Shown piece after piece: positions 14,521 to 27,802 of a DNA stretch of 64,000 nt. Location of the stretch: contig OZ024740.1 in NCBI GenBank assembly GCA_964016885.1, positions 260,772,001 through 260,836,000 on the forward strand. Direction: 5' to 3'. The notes under the pieces were generated by a model, which did not search any database, was not told the DNA's origin, and saw only the letters and a list, made by a program, of their open reading frames with translations. This DNA comes from Eledone cirrhosa. Lineage: Eukaryota. The translations under genes and the position numbers were made by a program. The first letter of the stretch is position 1. Each line of letters starts with the position of its first letter.

Positions 14521-15897
14521 ATACATGGTGGGCACGGTTACGGCTCAAGAAATGAAGAAGGAGAGAGACTTCTTGAATTTTGTGATGCAAGTACACTAAC
14601 CATTTGCAACAATAACTTCCAGAAACCTGCCAACCACCTAATAACCTACAAATCAGGCGAGCCCATAAGCCAGATTGACTTCTTACTAGTTAGGCAGCAG
14701 GACAGGCAGACGGTGTCAAATACCAAGGCATACCCTGGGGAAGAATTTACCCAGCATAGGTTAGTCGTTAGTGATATCTCAGTAAGCAAGAGACGGAATG
14801 AGACATACAGGAAGGTGTGGAGAAGAAAGGTCTGGAAGCTAAAAGCCCTTTCACTAAAATACAAATTTAGGAAAGCCCTTCAAGATGTGTATGACAAAAA
14901 AGAAGACGATTTAGAGTCGTATGACATAGATGATAACTGGAATTTCTTACGTGACAACTTACTGCAGGCTACTGAAGAAACTTGTGACTGGAGCAGAGCT
15001 CCAACCAGACAGAGAGTGACCTGGTGGTGGAACAGCACGGTAGATAGGACCATTAGAGATAAAAGACTAGCATGGAAGGCTTGGATAAATGGTGAGAGTA
15101 GAGAAGGATATACAGCCGCTAAGAGAGAAGCTAGACGTCAGGTGTACTTAGCATGCAGAGAGGCTGAGAGTAGGAGATTTGCCAATGTTCTGCGACGGGA
15201 AGATCAGAGGCGTGCGGTGTTGCACATTGCAAGGCAGTGTGTCAATACAAATCAGGATGTTGTTGGAGATAAATGTGTTCGGAATGATGCCGGTGTTCTT
15301 AGTGTCACGAATGATCAGAAAAAGGAGGCCTGGAAATGTCATTATGAGAGACTGATGAATGTGGAGAACAAATGGGAGAGAGAGAAATTACCCTCAGTAG
15401 ATCCAACAGAGGGACCAGCTATTGAGATTGCCGACTATAGGGTCCAAGAGGCGATTAAGGAAATGAAAAATGGTAAGGCCGCTGGACCGTCAGGGATAGT
15501 TGCTGAGATGCTGAAGGCACTAAACTGGTTGCACTCATCATCAATCAGGCTATATATGGCGGTGTCATACCCAAAGACTGGTGCAGCAGTATTCTCATAA
15601 ATTGCTACAAAAGTAAAGGGGATGCTCTGGAGGGGAGCAATTATAGGGGTATAAAACTGATGGATCAGGTTATGATAGTGGCAGAAAGGATATTAGGACA
15701 ACTAATTAGAGAAAGGGTCAAACTAGATGAGATGCAGTTTGGTTTTGTGCCTGGGAAAAGTACAACAGATGCCCTCTTCTTGGTGAGACAATTACAAGAG
15801 AGGTTCTTAGAGAAGAATAAGCCACTAAACTTAGATTTTGTTGACCTAGACAAGGCCTTTGTCATCTGGTGGTCCCTAAGGAAACTAGGTGTTGAGG
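14521..15897 (+). mobile_element. Internal fragment of RTE family B
   Basis: Highly similar to about 11515-12886; EN end through FVDLDKAF, with frameshift and deletions. Confidence 0.9.
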
Positions 15898-16701
15898 ATA
15901 GTGCAAGCTAAGTACAGAGGAGCTGTCAATAAAGTAAGAGTAGGAAGGGATACTGGGATAGAGGCGTAAAATAGTAATAATTAGTAATAACAACATGGAA
16001 AAAATAAGAGAAGTTGGATGAAGAGATGATATGATACGGGAGATATTTAAGGTAACTTGACAGTGTAATAAAATGAGATGGGATGAGATGAAGGGATAAT
16101 GGTGACATTCAAATACAGTGGGGTGAAGTGAGTTAAATAGATGAAATAGCAAAATACAAAATAAAAAGATAATGATAAAAGCCGGGTAATTAAGATTGGG
16201 GTATTTTGAAAAGTATTATCTTATTGGAGGTGAAGTTTGATGGTAGTGTTTGCTATATAGGGTGCTGTGAGTGAGAGGGTGTGTCTATAAAGAAACTGAG
16301 GGAGCTTCTTTTAATCTTATTGGTCAAAAGTTCATTACTTTGCTATTGGTAGATGTATGAAGCTTTCACCCATACGTGGCTGACAGTCAATCATAGTAAG
16401 GAGGTATAAAATTGGTTTGTTGGCGTCAGCATAGCAGAGGTTTTAGATGTGGAGGGGTGGGGGTTGTATGGATAGTGAGATTGCCAGATCGAATCATGCT
16501 CATCTCGGTTTGTAGTTAGAGAATTTACTAGCGGCTTTGTGCCTACAGAAAATTGACCACTCGATTTTGCTGTTAAGCAGCGTTTTATTATATTGCAGAA
16601 TATGGAGGACATCCCGTTTGTGTAGGCTTTTGCATTTGATAATTTCAACCAGCTAATCTCATATTGAAATCGAGCGGACAAAGCATGGAGTCTGATGCTC
16701 T

Positions 16702-17300
16702 ACAGATACTGCCATCATAGGAAAAGTGATTCACTGGCATTTATGCATTTATATAAACTGAACAAATTACCTCATTCTGAGAAATAGTATGAACATAAGC
16801 CAGAGTCGGTGATTGAAGACAATCAGATGAAGGTGCTGTAAGAGTTCAGGATACAAACAAAAAAAAAAATTAGAACACAATAGGCTTGATTTAGTTTTTG
16901 CCAAGGAAAAAAAAGAGTCTGCTTGATTATAGCTGTAGCTTGCCTCTTTGATACAAGAGTGCAAGAAAAGGAAAAGAGAATTAACCAGTATCAGGATCTA
17001 AAGTAGGAACTGAAAAGGATTTGGAACTGTCATGAGATCAAGGTCATCCAAAATCATCAAAGGAGTACTAGGTACTATCTCAAAGAGTTTCCAAGAATGG
17101 TTGAAGAACATTAGTCCAGCCCCCTTTTTGGAACACTCTAAAAGGCATACCTAATGGGAACAGCAAGGACCCTCTGATATGTCCTGAATATCCGAGGCTG
17201 CAGAGAGCAGCTTGATGTTTATTAGGGCAAATTATCATGTTAAATAACATGACTGAGACATCATAGTAATAATAACAATACGTCACAAGATAATAAATAA
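16702..17300 (+). mobile_element. Decayed 3' end of an R4/Dong-like non-LTR element (restriction-like endonuclease)
   Basis: Broken frames give YEHKPESVIEDNQMKVL, LEHNRLDLVF, ACLFDTRVQEKEK, KRIWNCHEIKVI, GVLGTISK, matching the RLE pattern HNRPD..IIDV..KE.EK..W..GALG; followed by TAA-rich tail. Confidence 0.65.
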
Positions 17301-17580
17301 AAACAACTTTACAAAGGTCAAACTAGCAGAGTGACCTAGAATTGAAGAATGATAGTGAAATAACTTGGTATTTTGAAAATTACACACAATGAGTAGCGAG
17401 GAGGGGGAAGAAGAAGTGTAATTGTTGAGTAATAGTGTTAGTAGTATGACTAATGGGAGCTAAACTTGGTCACTAACTGAATCAGGAAATACACACACAC
17501 TGTTAAAAACTACACACTCAGAACATTGCAATTTCTAAACTACTAGATTTTATATATGTACATATATATATGTATTTATA

Positions 17581-17890
17581 TCATCATCATCGTCATCATT
17601 TTATGTCCCCTTCCCATGCTGGGAAGGGGACATTGTCTTGGTCTGAGACTAGACTGGTCAGGGAATCATGTCATGTTCATATGTTCCCTATCTGGAATGG
17701 TTTCTATGGCTGGAGACACTTCCTAAAGCAAACCACCTTACAGAGTGTACTGGAAGCATTTTTTTTTGTGACACCAGTACTACCACTTTGCTGAGTGTTC
17801 TGGGTGCAATTTTTCGTGGCACCAGCATTACCACTTTGCAGAATGTACTGGGTGCATTTTTTCATGGCACTAGTACTACCATTTTACAGT
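17581..17890 (-). mobile_element. Diverged RTE 3' UTR or SINE-like fragment with about 42-bp internal repeats
   Basis: (CAT)n start; repeated CCACTTTxCAGAGTGTACTGGG units as in other RTE 3' UTRs here. Confidence 0.7.
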
Positions 17891-19271
17891 GACACCATAA
17901 TGAGAAGTTCTTGAGTACTTGACATGTATGCTTATATGGTATGTGTGAGTGTGATGTGGTGTGTGTGTGTGATGTAATGTTTTGGTAATATCATCCAGTA
18001 TCATATAACAAGCTGTAAGATAGTTTTTGTAGCTGTTGTTGTTTAGCTCCAGATTAAGTACTGCTATGATAAAAGCATTCCAGCCATGGCCAGCCCATGT
18101 TTATTCTAATATCATATATTTAGCTGTTGTTTTTAGCAGGTGATGAAGTCCTTGAAGAGTCAACCTTGTTTGTATAGGATGGCAGTTTCAGTTTACTGAA
18201 AGATGTTAAATGTGGATCTAATTATATGTATGTGTGTGTGTAAATAGCTATGAGAATATCTGTGTTTGTATACTATTTTAAATGTAGAAGTCATTTAGCT
18301 GCAGTTTTTAGCAAGTTAAGTGTGTGTGTGAATGTGTAAATGTGTGTGTGTGTATGTGTATATACTATTGTAAGTATAGAAGTCAAATTATATGACAACC
18401 ACGGAAGTAGTTTGAAAAAACAAACATGATCTAGATTTAGTGAACTGATAATTATTAATGGAGAAAGTAATTGAGATAAACAATGGGATGAAATGTTTGT
18501 TAACATAGACATTTCCAAGAGATGATTTTTCTCAAAGAAATTTATTTTTCCTTTCTGCCACTGCCCACTCTTCTCTTCCTTTCTATTTCTTTAATTTCTT
18601 TTTTTCCTACTATATCAAGCATAAAACTAATATATTTCTTCAATGTACTATGTCATTTGCGTATTTCTGTTTGCCTTTTGCATACATATATGTACGTGTT
18701 ACATGTCTCAGTCCTAGACGTCCTTTTACATCACAGATCACAGGTCTCGTGCACCAGGACTGAACAGGGTCTGATTTACCGCCTTGGGTCCTGTTTCCCT
18801 TATGGACTCAACTCCCCTCCCCAATTTCTTTAATACCCCGTCCATTATCACACACGCTCTTGTACATTCACCCCTAGATTCCTATGGCTTACTTATGGCC
18901 AGAAACATATACTCTTTCAGCTAATACAGACCAACAAAATACATACACTCCACTTTTCCCTTCACAGCTCTGTATACACACACACCCTTATATTAACATA
19001 CTTTTGCTCATAGCTTCGTACTTACAAGCGCACACACACACTCTTTTACTTACATATACACACATATCCTCATAGCTCCTTTTGGATGTATAAAAACACA
19101 CACACACGCAAGTATGGCTCTTTATACAAAACGTTTTTTTTTCCATTAACGCCAGCATCAACAGTTTTCCAAGAGGTGGCAACATGAATGGACCTGTTAT
19201 TTTTTATCTAAAGACATTTTTTTCCAATTCCACCCCGCCCGTCTCTTCAATCTTTCTAATTTCTCATTCTT

Positions 19272-19305
19272 TCTTCTGATGAAGGACTAGCGTCCAACAA
19301 GTTAA
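19272..19305 (+). ncRNA. Degenerate minimal hammerhead relic (Penelope type)
   Basis: CTGATGA at 19276 then hairpin GGAC-TAGC-GTCC; GAAA core lost. Confidence 0.35.
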
Positions 19306-19399
19306 CCCTCTCTTCCTGCTATTTCAAGCGTTAACCTAATATATTCCTTCCATATACTGTACCAATTGTGATGTTATTTTACACACATATATATATATA

Positions 19400-20880
19400 C
19401 TCCTAGCTAAGAGTAAGCCTCTATATATAGATTTTGTTGATCAAGAAAGCCTTTGACAAAGTACCCCGATCTGTCATTTGGTGGTCCCTATGGAAACTAA
19501 GGGTAGAAGAATGACTTGTGAGAGCAGTGCAAGCCATATACAGAGGAGTTGTCAGTAAAGTGAGAATAGGAAGTGAGTTTACTGAGGAATGAGTGCACCA
19601 AAGCTTAGTTCACAGCCCACTTCTGTTTATTATAGTCCTTCAGGTCATAACAGAGGAGATTAAAACAGGCCACCCGTGGGAACTTCTGTATGTTCCGCAT
19701 GTTGATGATCTGGTTCTTATAGCTGAATCTGTGGAAGAACTAGAGAATAAAGCCCAACTGTGGTAACACCTTAAAATCAAAAGGAGTGGGAGTAAACCGT
19801 CAGTAAAGTGAGAGTAGGAATGGAGTTTAATGAGGAATCCCAGATACAAGTAGGAGTACATCAGGGTTCGGTCCTCAGTCCACTCTTGTTCATTATAGTC
19901 CTCCAAGCCATAACAGAGGAGTTTAAGACTGGCTGCCCATGAGAACTTCTCTGTGCTCACAATCTGGTTCTTATAGCAGAATCAGTAGAGGAGCTAAAGA
20001 ATAAATTCTGGCTATGGAAACAGCAGTTGGAACCTGGCTAAGACAAGTGTTGATAAGTAGAAAAGAGGACAAAACTCTGATTCCATGAGGGAAATGGCCA
20101 TGTTCGATATGTAGAAAAGGAACTGGCATAAATTCTATAAAATGTACACAATGCAGATCTTGGGTGCACAAGAGATGTAGTGGGATAGCAGGCAAACGAA
20201 CAGGTTGGGAAAACTACGTATGCAGATGTACAGGGAAATTTGACTGTAGTAATTGCAGTGATGGACACATTTTTCAAATGCAGGTAGGTGCTATAGAAGT
20301 GGTTGATAGCTTCTGGTACCTAGGTGATCAGATTAGCATGGGAGGGGATTGTTTCCAGGCCATAGCATATAGAATAAGGATGGGTTGGAAGAAGTTTAGG
20401 GAGTTGCTTCCTCTGTTGACGAAGAAGGGTTTCTCCCTGCAAACGAACGGTCGATTATATGATGCCTGTGTGAGATGCGTGATGCTGCATGGTAGTGAGA
20501 CATGGGCAGCAACTACTGAGGATATGTGACGGCTGGAGAGAAGTGAAGCAAGCATGCTCTCTGTTTGATGTACATTAGATGAGTTGAGAGAGAAACTGTG
20601 TATAAGAAGGATAAGTTGTGATGTGCGGGAGAGAAGACTGAGATGGTATGGACATGTGATGCGCATGGAGGATGACCGCTGGGTAAAGCAGTGCCAAGAA
20701 ATCCCAGTAGAACGAAGACCACGAAAAACATGGGCGGAGGTAATGAGAGCAGACCTCAGATCGCTGAAGCTCACGGAGATGACGAAGGACCGTGACAAGT
20801 GGAGAGATGCTGTGGTGAATAGGACCCGTCCCACCCTTGCAAGCAGGGAAAAGCGGACGTAAAATGATGATGATGATGAT
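19400..20880 (+). mobile_element. 5'-truncated, decayed RTE family B with a partial RT duplication
   Basis: RT segments at 19400-19760 and again from about 19798; PHD-type finger, HGSETW, (GAT)n tail at 20865-20880. Confidence 0.88.
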
Positions 20881-21301
20881 ATATATATAGTTCTTCGTTT
20901 GTATATTTATTTTAAAAAGATGTTTTGTTTCAATTCGTTGTCTTGTCCTTTCTTTGTTAATTTTCTTAAGTTTATCTACTAATGTGATGTATGTGTTTAT
21001 CTCTTCTCCCCCATTTATTGTAATGGCTTACATTTTTTAACACAATGTCTTACTATCTTCTTGCTTTTTTTTTTTTTGTTTCACTCATGTTTCATGTGCT
21101 ATAAGAGGCACCAGACATTTTCTCGTTGGTGGGGGTCAAAACTGCCAAGTCCATCTCAACAGTTGATGACCATGGAGTTCTGTGTGCTAGATTTGTATAT
21201 TTATTTAAAAAAATATTTTTTCAAAGTTCCCCCCTAAAAAACTTTTTCTTTTTGTTACCATTCATTGTCTTGTCCTTTTTTTGTTAATTTTCTTAAGTTT
21301 A

Positions 21302-23217
21302 TCATCATCATCGTTTAACGTCCATTTTCTATGCTAGCATGGGTTAGATGGGTTGTCCCATTTGAGTCAAGTTGGGTCAGGTGACTGTGTCCCATTCAAA
21401 TAGAACGGTTTCTGGCTAGGTTTCTACGGCTGGATGCCCTTCCTAACACCAGCCACATTTACAGTGTGTGCTGGCTGCTTTTTGCCGTGACACCTACATG
21501 ACCACTTTACAGAGTGGGCTGAGTGCTTTTTGTCATGATATCTACACAACCACTTTACAGTGTGGGTTGGATATGTTTTGTTCAGTGTAAGTGTGGTATG
21601 GACAGGAGTGGGTTGGTGGGGTATAGTGCGAAGGTGTGTCTTCTGTTATAAAGCCTAACACCAAAGATCTCAATTCTGTATCATTGTCTTTGAGAGGTTC
21701 AGTTGCGCAGGTCAGCTTTTATCACCTCATCTCAGGTCTTCCTACTCCATAGCTTCCATCAATTTTGATTGCCCTGCACCTTTTTATACAGCTGTTGTCC
21801 TTCATACGCATCACATGACCATACCAATGCAAACTCCTTTCTAGCTTACTGTATTTGATCCCTCTTATACATAATTTCTCTCTTAGTTCATTTACACTTT
21901 GCTGTCTCATGTATATTACTATTACACATCCATCAGGGCATGCAGGCTTCATTTCTTTCCAGTCTTCGCAGGTCCTCTGTACACAGTGTCCAGGTCTCAC
22001 TACCATGCAACGTTGCTGGTTTGTATACATGCATCATACAATCTGCCCTTCATTTTAAAGGAAAACCTTTTGTAGCTAGAAGCCCTTTGAACTTTCTCCA
22101 TCCTGTTCTTACTCTGGCTACTGTACTCTTGGAACACCCTCCTACATTGCTGATTTCATCTAACGGAAAGAGTCGACTATTTCTATAGTACCGTCTGGGC
22201 ATTTGAAGGAGCAAGTATCATGTGGGAACATGCAACTTATTGCACCTGAGCACCGGCTGCATATAAAACTCATATTCTTTGATAGCCTGCCTGTGATCCC
22301 ACTACATCTTTTATGTACCCATAGCTTGCATTTGAGACGTAGAATCAAATTTCTATCTATTCCTTTCCTGCACACTGAGCAAGGCCATTTCCCAAAGGGT
22401 ATCTGGACCCTGTTTTCCTTTCTACATACTTGAACTTTCATCTTTGACAAGTTAACTTTAAGACCTTTTGATTCTAGGCTATACTTCCAGGTTTGAAATT
22501 TCTTCTCTAATTCTGCCATAGATTCAGCAATGAGAGTTAGATCGTCTGCATACAGAAGTTCCCAAGAGTAGCCAGTCTTAAAACCTTCTGTTATAGCCTA
22601 TAGGCCAATAATATACAGGAGAGGGCTAAGGACAGAGCCCTGACGAACACCTACCTGTACACTAAATTCTTCACTATAGTCATTGTTAATTCTAACTTGC
22701 TGACTATTCCTTTATACATGACTTGCACAGCTTTCACAAACCACTCATCTACTCCTAGTTTTCTAAGAGCCCACCACCATATAATGGTATGGGGGACTCT
22801 GTCAAAGGATTTCTCCAAGTCAACAAAAGCTAAGTAGAGGGGTTTACTTTTAGCTAGGTACTTCTCCTGCAGTTGCCTCATGAGGAAGAGGGCATCCGTG
22901 GTACTTTTACCTGACACAAATACAAACTGCATTTCATCAAGGTTAATTCGGTCCCTCATCACCTGGTCAACCATCTTAATACTTCTATAGTTTTCTCTGT
23001 CTAGAGCATTTCCTTTGCCCTGTAGTAATTGATGATGCTGCTGCTATGCCAGTCATTAGGTACATTTTGTATTACTTGGTTTACTATATGGGTGACTATG
23101 GTGTGTCCCACCAACCCAGCTGGTTTCAGCATTTCAGCAACTGTCCCCGGAGGTCCAGCTGCCCTGCCTGTATTCATATCTTTGATTGCCTTACTTACTA
23201 TACTACTACTAACTAGC
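21302..23217 (-). mobile_element. Decayed RTE family A copy
   Basis: Minus-strand ORFs 23001-23219, 22651-22974 (FVDLEKSFDRV), 22160-22519 (PHD finger), 21722-22030; 3' UTR and (CAT)n at 21302. Confidence 0.9.
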
Positions 23218-23224
23218 ACATGAA

Positions 23225-24120
23225 ATGCTGAAAACTGGTGGGCAAAAATTCTCTAAGGTGCACATGGTGCAGTCTATGGAATACACAAAAGATGCAGTAG
23301 GATTACAGACAAGTTAATATAGAAGGTGGATTGTATGTTACAGCTACATAAGAGAAGTAAGCACTAAAAGCACACATGAAACAGATTTCCTCAATTTTTT
23401 CAAGAGGCTCCCTAGAAGTTGTTGACAGATTTTGTTACCTATGTGGTCTGATCATAGTAGCCAGAGTGAGAATGGGCAAGAAGTTTAGGGATGTATGCAA
23501 ACTGAAATGCTACATAGCAGTGAGACATGGGTAGAAGTACAGTGAAGGCTAAAAGAAACAAAGTGAATATGCTCTTGTGGATGTATAATGTTAATGAGCC
23601 TGAATGATGTAAGATGCAAGAGAGACATTCGTATTGGTATTGACATGCTCAGTGCTGTATGAGCAAGACATGGTTACCTGACCTGGCATTGCCCACAACA
23701 GGACAACCCATCTAACCCATGCTAGTAAGGAAGAATGGACGTAAAATGGTGATGATGATGACGATGTTGATGCATAAGAAAAGCAAGAGTTATATAAAAA
23801 ATGCCAAGCCCTTGAAGTTGATAGAAGCTGTAGAAGAGGGAGATTAAGGAAAACATGACAACAAACCCCACAAAGGAGATGATACAGGATTAAGTTAACT
23901 GGTAAAGTGTTATACCACAAAAATACAACCACTGCAATGTTACAATTAAATATGAAGAGATTGGAGATCACAAGGAGAAATGGTACCCACTGTAAATATG
24001 GAAGTGCTGGTGTTTCAATAAAGTGCACCCAATACACCATGCAAAGTGGCAGCCAGCTATAGAAACTAAGCCCAAATATGGAACATATCAGCAAGATGAG
24101 ATTGTCCAGCCCAATCACCA
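23225..24120 (+). mobile_element. Highly decayed RTE 3' fragments
   Basis: Remnants of SETW, RWY, GR.RKTW and 3' UTR motif AACCCATGCTAG..GGACGTAAAATGGTGATGATG. Confidence 0.6.
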
Positions 24121-24684
24121 ATCCATATATATATATATATATATATATAGTATATGCATGGTAATATTGAGGTTTTCCAATATAGATCCTGGTAAAGATA
24201 GAGAAACTCTATGGTATCAAGTTTCTTTGATACAGAAGTAATTCAAAATCAGTTGAGGATTTTCTCAGCCACTGGAGATTCTGTTGTAGAGTCTTAAGCT
24301 ACGGGCTGCAGAGGTCAAAATTTATAAATGGAGAGAATAACCAAGTTATAATTAAAACATTTTAAGTGTAACTTGGTTATTCTGTTTCAATTTACATATT
24401 TATACACATACACATATATCTATATTCATGGGCCTTTAACTCCCGAGTGAATTGTAGGTGTGTCGTTGTGATCACTCCAGGTCTGGATACTTCCTTCTAG
24501 AGAATGAGAGAGAGACAAAGTGAGGAAGAAATATAGAGGAAGAATCAATCTGAGACAATATTCTGGCAGAGTTGTTAGACTGAGGAAAAGAAAGCTTTGC
24601 AGTATTTATTCATATCCCTGCACTCTTGAGTTCAAATTGCACTGAGATTAACTTTGTCTTTCATCTTTCAAGGTCTATATATAT

Positions 24685-25532
24685 ATGGTGGGCTCTTAGA
24701 AAACTAGGAGTAGATGAGTGGCTTGTGAAGGCTGTACAAGCCATGTATAGGGAAGCAGTCAGCAAATGTTAAGATTAACTTTGACTATCGTGAAGAATTT
24801 AGCGTGCAGGTTGCCATCCACAAGGACTCTGTACTTCGCCATCTCCTGTTTATTGTCGTACTACAGGCTACAACAGAGGAGTTTAAGACCAGCTGCCCAT
24901 GGGAACTCCTGTACATGGATGATTTTACACTCACAGCAGAGTCTATGGTGGAACTAGAGAAGAAATTCCAAACATAGAAGCAGGGCCTAGAAACAAGGGG
25001 TCTTAACGTCAACCTGACAAAGACAAAGGTCCTTGTAAGTTGACGAGAAAACAGAGCCCCGATCCCCTCAAAGAAATGGCCTTACTCAGTGTGCAGGAAA
25101 GGGTAGGTAGAAATTCCATCCTCTGTCCCAAATGCAAACTATGGGTAGACAAGAGATGTAGTGGGAGCTCAGGAAGTTTAGCTAAAAATGTAGGTTTTAC
25201 ATGTAGCCACTGCACCGGAGCAGTAAACGACCACAGGCAACAAGCACTATCAAATTCCGGGAAGTTTCGGTAGAGGCAGTTGACAGCCTCTGTTATCTGG
25301 GTGACCAAATTAGCAGCGAAGGTGGGTGTTCTGAAAGTACAGTAGTCAGAGTGAAAACAGGATGGAATAAGTTCAGAGCTACAACTACTGCTAGCTACAA
25401 AAGGCATTTCCCTCAAAATGAAAGGCAGACTGTATGGTGCATGTATACGAACAACAATGTTGCATGGTAGTGAGACGTGGCCGCTGTGTACAGAAGACTT
25501 GCATAGGTTGGAAAGAAATAAAGCTTGCATGC
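24685..25532 (+). mobile_element. Decayed RTE (family A-like) RT fragment
   Basis: WWALRKLGVDEWLV, CPWELLY, PHD remnant [24 protein letters not shown]. Confidence 0.85.
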
Positions 25533-26140
25533 CCCATTGCCTACAGTCCCGGTGCAACCACTACCTATGTTTTTAGCTAAACTTCCTGATAAATATATAA
25601 TCTTAGTTAAAAAATAAAGACTAAATTTAAAAGAGTACCTTTGAACTACCTGACCATGCTTGCTGTCATATCAATCAGTTTCTCAGTCATGATAGATGAG
25701 AGATAGAGAGAAAGAGGGGTGGAGATAACCTCTTTGTTGACAATTTTCCCAAATGTCCTACAACTTAACTCTCATTACATGATAAAAGTCACGTACAGAC
25801 AATACACACACACACACACACACACAAACATACACATGTCAGCTCGACTTAATTAACCTATGGTTGTAATATATTTATAAAACCCAGGGCTAGGATTAAC
25901 AGGAAGCAGGGAGAGTGATAGTAAGATTAGGATGAAAAAGCGAGAGGTATATCACTGCAGACAAAGCAAGATCTAATATATACATCATCACTTAAGCTGC
26001 TTTAAATTACCTTACACACTAAACATACCTGTACAGAGTATACAAAATATGCAGCACTGTTGGTTGTCCTAAACCAAATTGTATGTACTTGTGTGTGTGT
26101 GTATATATATATATATAGTTATGTAATAAACAAAATAAGA

Positions 26141-26272
26141 TAATTAATTCATTTACCAAAGGTTTCACGAAGACAGACAAACTTGATATTGAAATTCTTT
26201 CTGATGATTGAAGGCAGACGTAAATATCAAGTTTGTCTGTCTTCGCGAAACCTTTGGTAAATGAATTAATTA
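26141..26272. repeat. Fold-back inverted repeat, 50-bp arms, 32-bp spacer
   Basis: 26141-26190 versus 26223-26272, one mismatch. Confidence 0.95.
26193..26267 (+). ncRNA. Type I hammerhead ribozyme motif
   Basis: Stem I AATTCTTT/AATGAATT (7 of 8); core CTGATGA 26201-26207; stem II TGAAGGCAGAC/GTCTGTCTTCG; GAAA 26247-26250; stem III CC-TTT-GG; cleavage triplet GUA 26257-26259; G10.1 replaced by T. Confidence 0.75.
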
Positions 26273-26520
26273 AGCTCTGTAGCCTACATAGAGCACTCTC
26301 TTTTCCTTTACCTTTCCTATAGTAATACTTCATTTATATATATATACATACATACAGGTACACACACACACATATAAATACACATATATATACATACTTA
26401 TACATATATATACAAACATATACGTATATACACATACATATATATATACAAACATATATATACATATATATATATACATACATATATATACACACATATA
26501 TATATATATACACATATAGT

Positions 26521-26800
26521 GGAGGCACGTGGCCTAGTGGTAAGAGTGTTGGACTTACGATCATAATGTTGTGGGTTTGATTCCTGGGCTGCGTGTTGTG
26601 TTCTTGAGCAAAACACTTCATTTCACGCAGCTCCAGTATACTCAGCCGAAAATGAGTACCAGCAATAGCTGGAGGTTTAACCCTGCGATGGACTGGCGTC
26701 CTGTCCAGGGGGGTGTCTTGTACTCTCAGTTACTTCACGCCATGAAACCGGGATAAGCACCGGCCAAATGAGCCTTCTGGCTTAAGACAGACTTTAGACT
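26521..26800 (+). mobile_element. tRNA-derived SINE, apparently full length (CORE/Meta-type body)
   Basis: Box A TGGCCTAGTGG, box B GGTTTGATTCC, body GTGTTCTTGAGCAAAACAC and CCCTGCGATGGACTGGCGTCCTGTCCAGGG, (AGACTTT) tail. Confidence 0.8.
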
Positions 26801-26816
26801 TTTTTTATATACACAA

Positions 26817-26855
<39 letters not shown>

Positions 26856-26896
26856 CATATATATATATATATACATATACATACATATATATATAC

Positions 26897-27190
26897 ATCA
26901 TCATCATCATTTTACGTCCGCTTTTCCCTGCTTGCAAGGGTGGGACGTGTCCTATTCAGTACAGCATCTCTCCATTCGTCACAGTCCTTTGTCATCTCCT
27001 CTGTGAGGTTCAGTGATCTGAGGTCAGCTCACACCACCTCCGCCTATGTTTTTCATGGTCTTCCTCTACCGCGTCTTCCTTCTACTAGGATTTCTTGGCA
27101 CTTCTTTACCCAGCGGTCATCCTCTATGCGCATCACATGTCCATACCAACGCAGTCTTCTCTCCAGCACACTACAGCCTATATCTCTTAT
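26897..27190 (-). mobile_element. RTE family B 3' end
   Basis: RRLRWYGHVMR...GRRGRGRP on minus strand; (CAT)n tail. Confidence 0.9.
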
Positions 27191-27414
27191 ACATATATAT
27201 ATACATATATATAAGTATGTACACGTACATACATATATGTATACAGACGTACAGTAGTATGTATATATATATACATACATGCACACATATATATGTACGT
27301 ATGGATTCACCAAACATTTATTATAATGCTCGGTGTGTTTGTAAACAAACATCCCGTATTAAGCCGTAGTGTCTAGCAACCATCGTTGCTCGTTTGTTCA
27401 ACACTGACAAAGGA

Positions 27415-27457
27415 ACGCTGTATTAGTTTCAAGCTTATTAGCTATCGTCAGCAACGT
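27415..27457 (-). ncRNA. Degenerate minimal type I hammerhead motif
   Basis: Minus strand reads ACGTTG-CTGACGA-TAGCT-AATA-AGCTT-GAAA-CTAA-TA-CAGCGT: stem I 6 bp, both core boxes intact, base of stem II and stem III mutated. Confidence 0.55.
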
Positions 27458-27802
27458 ATACCTTCCTGCCAGATTGTTGAACGTATATACTTACCTTATG
27501 CATACTAACGGCTGAGTAGCCCAATTTGCATATCAAGTGGGTTAATCGGCCGGGTGCACTGAAAACGATAAACGGAAAAAATGAAACGAAATTTCATTTC
27601 CCACTCTTAGTACGGCTGTTACTTAAATATAAGTATGTACACGTACATACATATATGTATACTGACGTACAGTAGTATATATATATATACATACATGCAC
27701 ACATATATATATGTACGTATGGATTCACCGAACATTTATTATAATGCTACTCAGCCGTTAATATGCATAAGGTAAGTATATACGTTCAACAAACGAGCAA
27801 CG

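Noticed and set aside
15900-16700. Possible minus-strand LINE 3' remnant
   Set aside because: No diagnostic motif recognised; too decayed to call
26029-26068. 40-nt AG...GTATGT-bounded minus-strand segment as exon 2 of the TRAF-like gene
   Set aside because: Splicing to the phase-2 donor gives W-TTNSAAYFVYSVQ, not a RING continuation
26521-26592. tRNA gene
   Set aside because: Box A/B head of a SINE; no complete cloverleaf and it continues into the SINE body
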